The notes under the pieces are model-generated. The model was not told where the DNA came from. It did not search any database and was given only the letters and a program-made list of their open reading frames with translations. A stretch of 64,000 nucleotides of DNA, from contig OZ253442.1 in NCBI GenBank assembly GCA_965261085.1, forward strand, positions 2,880,001 through 2,944,000. Direction: 5' to 3'. Below are positions 1 to 9,588 of the stretch, piece after piece. The position numbers and the translations under genes are program-made. The DNA is from a bacterium (GTDB taxonomy: Bacteria > UBA8248). How positions within the stretch are numbered: the stretch's first letter is position 1; each line of letters begins with the position of its first letter.

Positions 1-1
1 T

Positions 2-430
2 CATGAAAAATGGTCCAAAGATATCGAAAGTTCTCAAGGCCATGCCGTGAATTACCCCCTGATTGGCGATCCCACACTTGAAATCGTAAAAGCCTATGAC
101 ATGCTGCCGGCTGATGCGGGTGACACGTCAGAAGGCCGGACGGCTACTCACAACGCGACAGCTCGTTCGGTGTTCGTTATCGGGCCGGACAAGAAAATCA
201 AGGCGACGCTCACGTATCCGATGAGCACCGGCCGGAATTTCAGCGAAATCCTGAGGTTGCTGGACTCCTGCCAACTGACAGCAAGTGAACAAGTAGCGAC
301 TCCGGCGAATTGGCAACAAGGTGAAAATGTGATTATCCTGCCCGCTGTTTCAGATGAGGATGCGAAAAAGAAATATCCAGACGGTTGGGAGTCACCGCTT
401 CCATATATTCGAGTCGTAAAACAACCATAA
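2..430 (+). CDS. 1-Cys peroxiredoxin (Prx6-like), 5'-truncated by window edge
   Basis: Frame is open from base 2 (HEKWSKDIE...NYPLIGDP); ARSVFVIGPDKKIK, YPMSTGRNFSEILR, ATPANWQQG and LPYIR are typical of the Prx6 C-terminus. Confidence 0.9.
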   Translation, partial: HEKWSKDIESSQGHAVNYPLIGDPTLEIVKAYDMLPADAGDTSEGRTATHNATARSVFVIGPDKKIKATLTYPMSTGRNFSEILRLLDSCQLTASEQVATPANWQQGENVIILPAVSDEDAKKKYPDGWESPLPYIRVVKQP

Positions 431-498
431 ATATAGACTTCGCATCTGCCGATGGTTACTACCAAAAAGGTACCCTACTGGCTTCTACTGAGAGAAAG

Positions 499-532
499 AA
501 AGAGCCGCGGCTAGTGTTAGCCGCGGCTCTTT
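499..532. terminator. Bidirectional intrinsic terminator
   Basis: AAAGAGCCGCGGCTA-gtgt-TAGCCGCGGCTCTTT perfect hairpin between convergent genes. Confidence 0.8.
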
Positions 533-551
533 ATGCTTTTCGATGAAAGGG

Positions 552-1547
552 TTAGTTTTTCCAACCCTCGGCTGCGATGGCCTCTTTCACCATGCTTAGA
601 TCCATGCCTTCCTTGCGAAGATCGACCACGCGCTTCGCTTTGCGTTTTTCCAGAAGAACCTTGCCCATGTGATCAAACCATTTGTAATCCGCCTCTGATG
701 GGAGAAGGCCAAAAGTCAGATCGTTCACAGATGCTTTCACTATTTTAAGCTTGATCTTCGAGCCTTTCGATTGCAAGTGGTTCAGGTATACACGCGCAAA
801 CTTATCGCGATTATCTCTGTGCAATTTCATACCACGAATAAACCCTCTCAAAAATTTCGTATACACATCTCTGTTTTTCTTCAGGGTTTTTCCATTGGCC
901 ATTAAAATCCACAGGTTGTTTGCATATTTGCAAAAAGTTTCCACTATGCGGGCATATCCCCTGTCGATGGCAATGGCGGCTTGCGGGTTATTCAAAGCTA
1001 TCATATCCACCGTCCGGGATTTGAGCGCCGCCATGCGGGTATCATTGTTCATGTTCACGGTTGTGAAGTCTTTCTCGGCTAAGCCATATTTCGGCAGGAT
1101 GAAGGTTGTCAGCGTGAAATATGTACCCGTAGCTTTACCTACTCCAAGTCTTTTGCCCTTCAAGTCATGCAAGGTTTTAACAGGTGAATTTGGAGACGTT
1201 AGAATTTTATTTGCTTTGCACCAATAATTTCCATTTCCGATTCCAGGAGCATTCGCTCTTTTTGCTATAGCTGAATAAAAAGCACGGTCGGCAGCACCAC
1301 CAATATCAAGAGATTTCGCCAGAATCGCCTGGCGCATCAATTTACCCTGCGGGAATTGCTTAATGGTATATTTTCCCTTGCCGATGGTCTGATTATAGTA
1401 GCCCATCTTATGAGCAACGATGGTGACCGCTCCCATAACAGAGCGATGGTGGCCGATGCGGAACGGCGCTGCACTGGCAGAAAATGCAGTCAACACAACT
1501 CCTGTAATGGCCATGGCGACAACAAAACACATACCTCTTCGATTCAT
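552..1547 (-). CDS. ABC transporter substrate-binding protein, SsuA/TauA/NMT1-like
   Basis: Signal peptide (...SASAAP), TLHDLKGKRLGV, AALKSRTVD; start MNRRG after GGAGG. Confidence 0.8.
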   Translation of the reverse strand: MNRRGMCFVVAMAITGVVLTAFSASAAPFRIGHHRSVMGAVTIVAHKMGYYNQTIGKGKYTIKQFPQGKLMRQAILAKSLDIGGAADRAFYSAIAKRANAPGIGNGNYWCKANKILTSPNSPVKTLHDLKGKRLGVGKATGTYFTLTTFILPKYGLAEKDFTTVNMNNDTRMAALKSRTVDMIALNNPQAAIAIDRGYARIVETFCKYANNLWILMANGKTLKKNRDVYTKFLRGFIRGMKLHRDNRDKFARVYLNHLQSKGSKIKLKIVKASVNDLTFGLLPSEADYKWFDHMGKVLLEKRKAKRVVDLRKEGMDLSMVKEAIAAEGWKN

Positions 1548-1771
1548 TAGAAAATCCTCCTTGAGATTCATAAGCCCTAAGGCATCTACAGATAACAGAG
1601 CGGGGAACCCACTATATGGAGACAAATCTCAAAAGTAAAATTCTCCATAATTTTCCATGTATGAGTAGACGTTATCATACTTTGAAATACCTTTGCACCC
1701 TATTTCATTTCGTTCGGAATATTCGCTGATTCATGTTGAACACAGAAAACTTATTCATGTCCCTCAACCTC

Positions 1772-2995
1772 TCAATGAGAGGCAATGGGTTCAGGCTCAT
1801 GTTCAGGTGCTTGTCTTTGCAACGACAAAGCCAAAACGAAACCCACCATCAAAACAATCGGAATCACCCAAAAAGCATTCAGCATCCCGATTCTCTCACC
1901 AAGCAAAGAAATGGGAATTGCCGTTAATCCGGCCAATATCCATCCCCCACCGAGCATCAATGAACTTGCGAACCCCCGGTGATCCGGCAAATAATCTTGA
2001 GCCAAGGCAACGGATACACCCATCGGCACGAAAACCCCTGCACCAATGATTGCAAGAGATATATAGGACCACTCCAAAGGCGAGAATTGAAACGCCAACA
2101 TACCGACCAAAGCACATCCGACACCGATAGTAATCACCTTGGGCTTCCCATGCCTATCACCCATAATGCCCCCGAGCATTACGCCGATGGCTCCCGAGAA
2201 AAAAATGACCGAGTTGGCGATGCCACCTTGCCAAAGCCCTAAACCTTTTTCAACGAAAATCGTGGGCAAAAACCCCCCTAAATTCGCCAAGGTTGTTCCC
2301 CGTACAACGGCGATGCCGAAAAGGAGAAGAATGGGCCCACGGACATGTCTAAGCGCCGTTATCAAGCCCTCTGGCTCAGGTCCTTTTTCATCTTTTTTCT
2401 TTCTCTGGGGAGGGGCAGGCATGCCCAGCTTCACCCCCGCCATGGCAACCAGCGCCACGATTATAAATACCCACAAATGCTCCATACCCATGGTTTCTGC
2501 TATAAAAATGGCAATTAACGGACCAATGGCAAACCCCAGTCTTCCTCCCGTCACGAATAAGCTGACAATAAAACCGGCATGCTCAGAACTCAGCCTGCCC
2601 GCACGCGCAGCCATATCCGGATGACACAACCCGAATAGAATTCCACCCAGGATTAGTGCGGCGGCCAAGCCATAGACGCTCGTCACCCATCCAATTGCCG
2701 TAAAGGCAACGGAACTTCCAATCAGGCCTACGGCGAGCCATGGCAGCCAAGGGCACCTATCGATGACGACGCCTGTAATGGGTTGTGTGATTGAGCCGCT
2801 TATCGCCTGACACGAAATTAATAAACCAATTGTCGAGATGCTCAGGCCCAATTTTTCTTTTAATAATGGAACAAGGGGGGCAAAAAAATTCGCTTGGCTA
2901 TCGACCACAAAATGCGTAAAGAAAATGAGGCCTGTCCCGGCCCAGGGCATAGTATGAAAGGATGGCTTTTTCGTATTCTCAGATTTTTTACTCAT
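1772..2995 (-). CDS. MFS transporter (Fsr-like)
   Basis: THFVVD...PLVPLL, QPITGVVIDR, HP motif; about 12 hydrophobic segments. Confidence 0.85.
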   Translation of the reverse strand: MSKKSENTKKPSFHTMPWAGTGLIFFTHFVVDSQANFFAPLVPLLKEKLGLSISTIGLLISCQAISGSITQPITGVVIDRCPWLPWLAVGLIGSSVAFTAIGWVTSVYGLAAALILGGILFGLCHPDMAARAGRLSSEHAGFIVSLFVTGGRLGFAIGPLIAIFIAETMGMEHLWVFIIVALVAMAGVKLGMPAPPQRKKKDEKGPEPEGLITALRHVRGPILLLFGIAVVRGTTLANLGGFLPTIFVEKGLGLWQGGIANSVIFFSGAIGVMLGGIMGDRHGKPKVITIGVGCALVGMLAFQFSPLEWSYISLAIIGAGVFVPMGVSVALAQDYLPDHRGFASSLMLGGGWILAGLTAIPISLLGERIGMLNAFWVIPIVLMVGFVLALSLQRQAPEHEPEPIASH

Positions 2996-2997
2996 AT

Positions 2998-3996
2998 CTA
3001 CCTTGGGGCTAGGGCCTTTAGTGTGCGCTCGACTGCTTCCTGATAACTTTCACCTGCCAATACGGGATCTATCATCAAAGCGGGCATATCCACGCCCGCA
3101 TCCCGGAATGCGGACATACGATCTTTGCACCTCTCCGGCGGACCGACAAGGCAGAATTCATCAATAATGGCGTCGGTAATACCATCTCTCAAACCCTTCT
3201 GATCACTGTTCTCGAAGGCTATTTTTATACATTCCGCCTCTTGCTCATAACCACTTTCCCGAATCGAATTGTTGTATGCGGGAAGCCCTAGCCAATATGT
3301 CAAGGTTTTACGAGCGGCTTCTCTGGCTAAAATGAGATCGTCACACAAAAAAGTGTGTATCCCAAAGTCAATCTCGATGTCCCGAGGATTTCTACCCGCT
3401 CGTTTCGCGCCTGCGTCTCTCGCTTCCAAATAAGCGTCCATTCTTGATAGGGGAACCATGTACGGCAACAATCCATCAGCGATTTCTCCACCAAGTGCTG
3501 TCATCTTGGGCCCAACAGCCGCGATGTATATTCGAACCGGGTGCTTTGAACGTCTGAATTTCAACTCTTCTCCCTGATAAGTCTGGACAGGCAGGGGATA
3601 TACAGACTCGCCTTCCAATACACCCTTAACTTCCCCGACATATTTACGCATATCTTCGAGAGGATTTCCTGGCTCTATCCCCATCGCCCTGATCCGGGGC
3701 GGGTGACCAAGCCCGAGACCCAAAACATAACGGCCGCCAGAAATTTCGTTGATCGCGACCGCGCCTTGAGCAGCCATGGAGGCATGACGCAAATAAATGA
3801 TGGCGACAGAACTGCCGATCTCGATCCTGGATGTATACGTCGCCATCAGTTGATTGATGGCCAGGGTGTCCGTCAAAGATTCTGTCGTATAGACTCGATC
3901 ATACCCCAATTCTTCACCAAGCCTTGAAACCTCTCCCAGTCCCTCAAGAGAAATATCCGCAAAAGTGAGAAGCCAAAACCCGAGGCGATGTGTCAT
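2998..3996 (-). CDS. LLM-class flavin-dependent oxidoreductase
   Basis: EELGYDRVYTTE, SGGRYVLGLGLG, IYIAAVGPKMTALGGEIADG, VGPPERC. Confidence 0.88.
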   Translation of the reverse strand: MTHRLGFWLLTFADISLEGLGEVSRLGEELGYDRVYTTESLTDTLAINQLMATYTSRIEIGSSVAIIYLRHASMAAQGAVAINEISGGRYVLGLGLGHPPRIRAMGIEPGNPLEDMRKYVGEVKGVLEGESVYPLPVQTYQGEELKFRRSKHPVRIYIAAVGPKMTALGGEIADGLLPYMVPLSRMDAYLEARDAGAKRAGRNPRDIEIDFGIHTFLCDDLILAREAARKTLTYWLGLPAYNNSIRESGYEQEAECIKIAFENSDQKGLRDGITDAIIDEFCLVGPPERCKDRMSAFRDAGVDMPALMIDPVLAGESYQEAVERTLKALAPR

Positions 3997-4033
3997 ATAG
4001 ACCCATTCTCCAACACCCAGTTCTCCATCATGC

Positions 4034-4789
4034 TCATTGGCACAATCTTCCCCCATCAATCAGAATGACTGCCCCATTCATATATGATGCTTGATCAGAT
4101 GCCGTAAAAACAGCGCAATCGGCGATTTCCTCTGGAGTTGCAAAACGCCCCAATGGTATATTACTCATCAGCTTCTCTCGTCTACCCGCTTCGGTTTCCA
4201 CACGATGCTTCGTCCCCTCACTCAAAGTCGTCCCCGGAGCTATGGCATTAACGCGAATACCTTTAGGCCCAAGTTCGGCCGCATGCGCCTTCGTCATTAG
4301 ATGCATGGCCCCTTTCGTCGCGCAATAGAGAGAATTGTTAGGTACTCCTGCCTCTCCGGATGTCGAACCGATGTTGATAATCTGACCACCTGACTTGGAA
4401 ATCATGTGTTTGGCAGCCAACCCGCTTAGAATAAACGTTGCCATCGCATTGACCTGAAAGAGTGCAACCACCTCCTCTTGCGTAACCTCCTCCACAGGCT
4501 TGTTACAACGGATTCCAGCGCAGTTCACCAAAATATCGAGATGACCCAAATGCCTAAGTGCACGACTCATCAAAGGAGCGATATCCGCCAAGTTCGACAA
4601 GTCAATCGCCTCGCCAGCTGCCGATATTTCTTGGGCCTTACAATGCTCGATTGTCGCCTCCAAAGCACCCACATTTCTGCCACCCGCCAGATATAGAGAA
4701 CATCCCTCCTCGGCAAAACGCCTCGCAATGGCGGAGCCAATTCCTACCGAAGCTCCCGTGATAAATGCCGTCTTTCCTTTCAGCCGCAT
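4034..4789 (-). CDS. SDR family NAD(P)-dependent oxidoreductase
   Basis: TGASVGIG, LVNCAG, YCATK, GIRVNAIAPG. Confidence 0.92.
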   Translation of the reverse strand: MRLKGKTAFITGASVGIGSAIARRFAEEGCSLYLAGGRNVGALEATIEHCKAQEISAAGEAIDLSNLADIAPLMSRALRHLGHLDILVNCAGIRCNKPVEEVTQEEVVALFQVNAMATFILSGLAAKHMISKSGGQIINIGSTSGEAGVPNNSLYCATKGAMHLMTKAHAAELGPKGIRVNAIAPGTTLSEGTKHRVETEAGRREKLMSNIPLGRFATPEEIADCAVFTASDQASYMNGAVILIDGGRLCQ

Positions 4790-4803
4790 ATCGAATTGTT
4801 CCT

Positions 4804-5352
4804 TCACTTTAACGGAGGCTCTACGCCTTCTGGCACTTGTAGCTCAAATGCGTTGAGCGTCATGGAAACTGTCGTGTAATGTCCGATGAGACCGATTAAC
4901 TCCACCAACCCACGTTCCCCGAAATGCTCAAACCCATTTTGATAGATTTCATCACTCACAAAATGATTTTCGTGCAGTGCAGTGCAAAAATCATAGATTG
5001 CTTCCTCATCGGCGGCCATTTCGGCGGGTCGCCTGTTCTCCTGAACCGCCTTGATGACCTCGGGAGATAATCCCCCCTTCCTGGCCAGAGGCTCATGGGC
5101 GTACCATTCGTATTGCGAACCCCAGAACCGGGCGGTAATCAAAATCGCAAACTCGCTCAGCCTGGGCTCAAAGAGGGTGTCATAGCGCAAGTAGCGCCCT
5201 GTTGCTTCCAGCTTTTCGAGATAGGCCGGGCTTTTGAGCCACGCCAGAAACGGGCCACGGACGCCTCCTCTGGGACCGGAGGCGATTTTCTCATGGAGTT
5301 TTCTTTGCTCATCTGTCATCTGCTCTATCGGTGTTTCGAACAAACGGGTCAT
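4804..5352 (-). CDS. Carboxymuconolactone decarboxylase (CMD/AhpD-like) family protein
   Basis: GPRGGVRGPF, EFAILITAR, YEWYAH, FGERGLVELIGLIGHY. Confidence 0.85.
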   Translation of the reverse strand: MTRLFETPIEQMTDEQRKLHEKIASGPRGGVRGPFLAWLKSPAYLEKLEATGRYLRYDTLFEPRLSEFAILITARFWGSQYEWYAHEPLARKGGLSPEVIKAVQENRRPAEMAADEEAIYDFCTALHENHFVSDEIYQNGFEHFGERGLVELIGLIGHYTTVSMTLNAFELQVPEGVEPPLK

Positions 5353-5571
5353 TAGCGTCAATTCTCCTCTTGACTTGAGATGTGCACGAACGGTGAAATT
5401 CACCTGCTACAGAAGAATTTCACAGGTTGCAAGGCGATGCTTAGTTTGATAAGCAATTATTAAGGCTGCGGCCGGCGCGGCCAACTTCAGTTTTCTGGAA
5501 ATGTACTTGGAGTGAAAGGCCCTCACCTGATTCATCTCTACCCATTTCCAAAATTTGCAGGAGATGCGCAA

Positions 5572-5787
5572 GTGCCAGAAGGAACAGTGAAGTGGTTCAA
5601 TGACGCGAAGGGCTATGGTTTCATTTCGCAAACGGATGGTGACGATGTCTTCGTTCACTTCTCCGCCATCCAGGGAGACGGCTTCAAAACCCTGGAGGAA
5701 GGACAAAACGTGAACTTCGAAATTGTTCAGGGCCCGAAAGGGCTCCAAGCGGCCAACGTAACAAAAGGGGGTGACTCCGGAGAATAA
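5572..5787 (+). CDS. cspA: Cold-shock protein
   Basis: [35 protein letters not shown]; GTG start after AGGAG. Confidence 0.95.
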   Translation: MPEGTVKWFNDAKGYGFISQTDGDDVFVHFSAIQGDGFKTLEEGQNVNFEIVQGPKGLQAANVTKGGDSGE

Positions 5788-5807
5788 CCCTCATCCAGAG
5801 AAAACCC

Positions 5808-5840
5808 AAAACGACGGCTCACCCGGGCCGTCGTTTTTTT
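5808..5840 (+). terminator. Intrinsic terminator after csp gene
   Basis: AAAACGACGGCTC-accc-GGGCCGTCGTTTTTTT. Confidence 0.85.
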
Positions 5841-5943
5841 GTCTGCCGATATACCTCTCCCCTGCTTGCGGGGGGGTCGAACCCCCATGTTATAACCCCA
5901 TCAGTAGCGAATCCAATAGATCGACAATACAGAAAGGCATTTC

Positions 5944-7047
5944 ATGCGCGACGTTATCATCGTCGGTGGCGGCATCATGGGACTCCTGACAGCGAGAGAA
6001 CTCCGCAAAGCGGGCAGGAGCGTCACCATCATCGAAAAAGGCCGGCCCGGCGCAGGCGCCACCTGGGCTTCCGCGGGCATCATCTCCGCCCACGGGACGA
6101 GCGGCTCCGCCGATATTGCCGGTCTGCCGGGTCTCAGGCTCCGGACCGCCTCTTACGATGAATGGCCTCATCTCGCGCAAGCCATTGCCGAGGAAAGCGG
6201 AACGGACCTCGAATACCGCCTCACGGGCGTTTTGCTCATTGCCCTGGATAAAGAGGAAGCGGAATCCATTCAGGAAAAGGCCCGCGCGCGCGAATGGGGC
6301 GAGGCCAAGTGGATGCCGCCAGGCGTGCTGAGAAACGAAGAACCTTGCCTTTCGGATGAATTGGCGGGAGCGCTGCTCGTCACGGGCGGGAACCTGGAAG
6401 TCAGAAAACTGGGGCCCGCGCTCGAGATCGCCTGCAGGCGGCTTGGGGTGGAGATCCTCACCGGTTGCGCGGTGGAGGAGATACTGAGCCAGGGAGGAAA
6501 GGTCACCGGCGTCCGCACGGATGCCGGAGTTCACGAGGCGTCCGCCGTCTTCATCTGCGCAGGGATAGGCAGCCGCAGCGTGCCCGGCTCCGCTCCGCGA
6601 GCGCCCATCACCCCCCAGCGCGGGCAGATGCTCTCCATGGACGCACGCGCGCTGGGCCTTAAGCGCGTGGTGCTGACCGCGAACGACCCCTACCTCGTGC
6701 CCCGCGCCGATGGCCGCGTTCTGCTGGGCGCGACGAGGGAATACGCCGGCGAGGACCCGAGGCTCACCGTGGGCGGGCTCTCCTGGCTGCTGAGCGAGGG
6801 AATCCGCATCTCCCCTGAACTCGCCGCCTGCGCCATCGAGGAGACCTGGAGCGGCTTCAGGCCCACCTCCTCGGACTACCTGCCCCTCATCGGCCAGGGC
6901 GCGCTGGAAGGCCTCTACTTCTGCACCGGGCACGGGCCTTCGGGCATCGGGCCTGCGCCGGCGAGCGTGAGCCTGGCGACGGCGCTCTATCTGGGCGACG
7001 CCCCCTCGATCGACCCGGCGCCGTATGACCCCATGCGCTTCGCGTAG
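5944..7047 (+). CDS. FAD-dependent glycine oxidase ThiO-like / DAAO-family oxidoreductase
   Basis: IVGGGIMG, ATWASAGII, PQRGQM, YLVPRADGRVLLGAT, WSGFRP, TGHG. Confidence 0.85.
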   Translation: MRDVIIVGGGIMGLLTARELRKAGRSVTIIEKGRPGAGATWASAGIISAHGTSGSADIAGLPGLRLRTASYDEWPHLAQAIAEESGTDLEYRLTGVLLIALDKEEAESIQEKARAREWGEAKWMPPGVLRNEEPCLSDELAGALLVTGGNLEVRKLGPALEIACRRLGVEILTGCAVEEILSQGGKVTGVRTDAGVHEASAVFICAGIGSRSVPGSAPRAPITPQRGQMLSMDARALGLKRVVLTANDPYLVPRADGRVLLGATREYAGEDPRLTVGGLSWLLSEGIRISPELAACAIEETWSGFRPTSSDYLPLIGQGALEGLYFCTGHGPSGIGPAPASVSLATALYLGDAPSIDPAPYDPMRFA

Positions 7048-7051
7048 AAAT

Positions 7052-7221
7052 TGCGGGGAAATGCGGGGTTCAGAAAAAGTTTTTATTTTCGATAAATTTC
7101 GATAAAATATTGATATTCTACTTTAATATATTCTGATAACTTACTAAATTAGATGGAAATATACTGTTAATACGACCCTCAAACCTTTCCATCAATTTAT
7201 CGATATTTATCGTATTTTTCA
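7052..7221. repeat. AT-rich 170-bp dispersed element, copy 1 (copy 2 at 53439-53608)
   Basis: Shared blocks TGCGGG.AAATGCGGGGTTC, TTCGATAAATTTCGATAA, TTCTACTTTAATATA, ATTTATCGATATTTATCGTATTTTTCA with identical end-to-end spacing. Confidence 0.85.
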
Positions 7222-7392
7222 GTAATTCAAATTTCAGGGCCATCGCCGCGATCCCGGCGGGTTTCAGCGCTCCAGCGTCTCCGGCCATATCAAACTCCAT
7301 GTGCGAACCCATGTAGCCACCCCACGGTTCTTGAAGCTCCCCTACTCGTTCATCCATCCGCTTAAACCGCATCGAGTGGCTCCGAAAAACTT

Positions 7393-7690
7393 GATGATTC
7401 ACTATGTTCGCCCGTATGAAAGCGGCTGCAAGAGATGTAATCGTTCACCATGTTCGCCCTCATGAAACGGCTGCGAAAGACCTGATGATTCACCGGGTTC
7501 GCCCCTATGAACGGGCTGCGAGAGAGTCGATGCCTCCACCGGGCCCGCCCGTATGAAAAAGCTGCTTATCCTACTTCCCTGCCCCTATGAACAGGCTGCG
7601 AGGGACTCGATTTCTCCACCGGGCCCGCCCATATGAAAGAGGCTGCGAGAGAGTCGGCGCCTCCACCGGACTCGCCCATATGAAACCCTT
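7393..7690. repeat. Degenerate ~46-bp tandem repeat, 7 units
   Basis: GCCCnnATGAAnnnGCTGC core; ATGAA at 7416, 7462, 7507, 7553, 7587, 7633, 7680. Confidence 0.85.
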
Positions 7691-7905
7691 CTCGTGGGGG
7701 ATTCTGGCGCATAAGGAAGATGGAGCGATAACGGGAATTGCGCGGAAATGCGTGATTCACGCTCGGTTGCCTCGCCGTCATTCCGGTGTCATTTCCGACT
7801 GAGGAGGGAGGAAATGCGGAATCTAGAACTAAAGTCGCTGGATCCCGGATTAGAGCACTCCGGGATGACAAGCAAACAGGTTCTTATTACTCCCCCCTTG
7901 AGGGT

Positions 7906-8004
7906 CAATTCCGACTGAAGAATGAATGATTGTTCCGACTGAAAAAGAAGAAATTCTCGCAATTGAAGAATGAGCAATTGTTTCGACTTATGAAGGAGGA
8001 ATTG
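7906..8004 (+). repeat. 24-bp tandem array of four 13-nt hairpin-loop motifs
   Basis: GACTGAAGAATGA-like units at 7913, 7937, 7961, 7985; outer CAATTCC/GGAATTG inverted pair. Confidence 0.75.
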
Positions 8005-8113
8005 CGTGCCGGTGTTTTTCCCATCCTCTGAAAACCCTCCCTTATCGGGGCTGTTGAAAAAGTCCCCCAAAAACAGGGGATGAATTTCTCAATCGACATA
8101 TGCTTATGAAATG

Positions 8114-8263
8114 ACTCCCCCCTTGAGGGGGAGTCGGCAAGGAGAGGACGGAGTCCGAAGCCGCGCCGGTGGGGGGAGCTTTTGTTTTGTGGAACCATAC
8201 CCCCCACGCATCAGCCTTCGCACAAACCGCTCGGCTTCTGCTACTCCCCCTCAAGGGGGGAGT
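8114..8263. repeat. Palindromic REP/MITE-like element family A
   Basis: Terminal inverted repeats ACTCCCCCCTTGAGGGGGAGT / ACTCCCCCTCAAGGGGGGAGT; other copies at 9800, 13250, 18769. Confidence 0.85.
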
Positions 8264-8309
8264 AATTCCCTGAGGTGAAACCCGCCCGTATCCCGCTACA
8301 ACAGAACCC

Positions 8310-9473
8310 CTACCGGACAGGCCTGATCCTGTAGACCGCGCCTCTCTCCTCGGACAGAAACCAGAGCGCGCCGTCGGGCGCTTCGCGAACGTCGCGGACG
8401 CGGCCTGTCTCGGGGAAGGCCAAACGCTCCACTTCCCTGAAACCGCCTTTGGGGTCCAAGCGCGAGATATGGTCGAATTTGAGCGACCCGACGAAGAAAT
8501 GCCCGCACCAGGACGGCCAAAGCCGCCCCGAATAGATGGCCATTCCCGAGGGCGCGATAGAGGGGTCCCAATAGAAATCCGGCTGTTCCATGCCCTTTTT
8601 CGCGACGCCCACGCCAATTTTGGCCCCCGAATAGTGGCGGCCATAAGAGATGACCGGCCATCCGTAGTTCCGGCCCTTCCTGACCCGGTTTATCTCGTCT
8701 CCGCCCCGCGCGCCATGCTCGACGGCCCAGAGCGCACCCGCCGCGTCGAGCGCGGCGCCTTGGGGGTTCCTGTGGCCCCAGGACCAGATTTCAGGCCGCG
8801 CCCCCGCCCGCCCAACGAAGGGATTATCCGGGGGGACGCTCCCGTCGCGCCGTATACGGATAATCTTGCCGTTGTGGAGGGAGAGGTCCTGCGCCGTATC
8901 GGGGTCTCCCCTCTCGCCGAGCGTCAGAAAGAGTGTCCCATCCGGCGCCTCCACGACCCGCGAGCCGAAATGCCGGCCGCCTCGGGAGGGAGACGCCATC
9001 TCGAAAATAACGCGCAGGTTCTCTAATTTAAGGTTGTCGGATGAAAGGGCGGCAACGGCGAGCGCAGTACCTCCGCCGCGAAGGTAGCGTTTCGAAAAAG
9101 TGAGGAAAATCTCGCGGGTTAATGGAAAATCCCGCGCGGCGGTGACGTCCATAAGCCCGCCCTGCCCCCACGCATAGACTTTCGGGACGCCCGAGACTTT
9201 AATCCTTCGTCCCTTGATATCGAAGTGGTACAGCGCCCCGTCGCGCTCTGTGACCAGAAACGCTCCACCCGGAAGGAACGCCAGCCCCCAGGGCGTATCG
9301 AGACCCCTCGCCACCGCCTCGACCGAAACCGGGCCGCTCATTGTCCGCCGCGTCGCCGCCCAACCCGGCGTGGCGGAAAGCGTCAGGAGCAGTAAAACGA
9401 GGAGACACGGCAGGACGCCGCGACGGTTACTCGCCCTCGGATCAGGCGCTTTGTTTTTCCATGAAATTTTCAT
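8310..9473 (-). CDS. PQQ-dependent sugar dehydrogenase (GSDH/YliI family)
   Basis: GLDTPWGLAFLP, GQGGLMDV, HFGSR, IWSWGHRNPQG, EHGARGGDEIN, NYGWP, GRVRDV; start codon uncertain. Confidence 0.92.
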   Translation of the reverse strand: MKISWKNKAPDPRASNRRGVLPCLLVLLLLTLSATPGWAATRRTMSGPVSVEAVARGLDTPWGLAFLPGGAFLVTERDGALYHFDIKGRRIKVSGVPKVYAWGQGGLMDVTAARDFPLTREIFLTFSKRYLRGGGTALAVAALSSDNLKLENLRVIFEMASPSRGGRHFGSRVVEAPDGTLFLTLGERGDPDTAQDLSLHNGKIIRIRRDGSVPPDNPFVGRAGARPEIWSWGHRNPQGAALDAAGALWAVEHGARGGDEINRVRKGRNYGWPVISYGRHYSGAKIGVGVAKKGMEQPDFYWDPSIAPSGMAIYSGRLWPSWCGHFFVGSLKFDHISRLDPKGGFREVERLAFPETGRVRDVREAPDGALWFLSEERGAVYRIRPVR

Positions 9474-9588
9474 GATCTCCCTCCCGGCGGCCTTGGGCCG
9501 ATTCTATCGTGAGAGAAAGGCCGGGTGCTAGTGATCTTCCGAGCAAGGAGCGAGGAATTGCCGACCGATGAGTGGGGGGTGCGCTTTC

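Noticed and set aside
4804-5352. Second selenoprotein among CMD-family genes
   Set aside because: Uninterrupted ORF with a YEWYAH motif; no CxxC/U
5890-6933. Long antisense or alternate-frame ORFs (also 15907-17067, 17661-18686, 21938-23263, 33046-34461, 43421-44911)
   Set aside because: Shadow ORFs of real GC-rich genes with no recognisable motifs
7118-7402. Minus-strand ORFs ending KNTINIDK...ILK here and at 53505-53888
   Set aside because: Similarity is confined to the DNA repeat blocks and the N-termini are unrelated; probably a by-product, though a small peptide is not fully excluded
7393-7690. Possible CRISPR array
   Set aside because: Period is about 46 bp, repeats are degenerate, inter-repeat parts resemble each other, and no cas genes are present
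7566-8207. Short ORFs across repeat clusters (also 9442-9938, 12845-13509, 19792-20636, 53878-54471)
   Set aside because: Translations of palindromic repeats (for example PTPPQGGS recurs)
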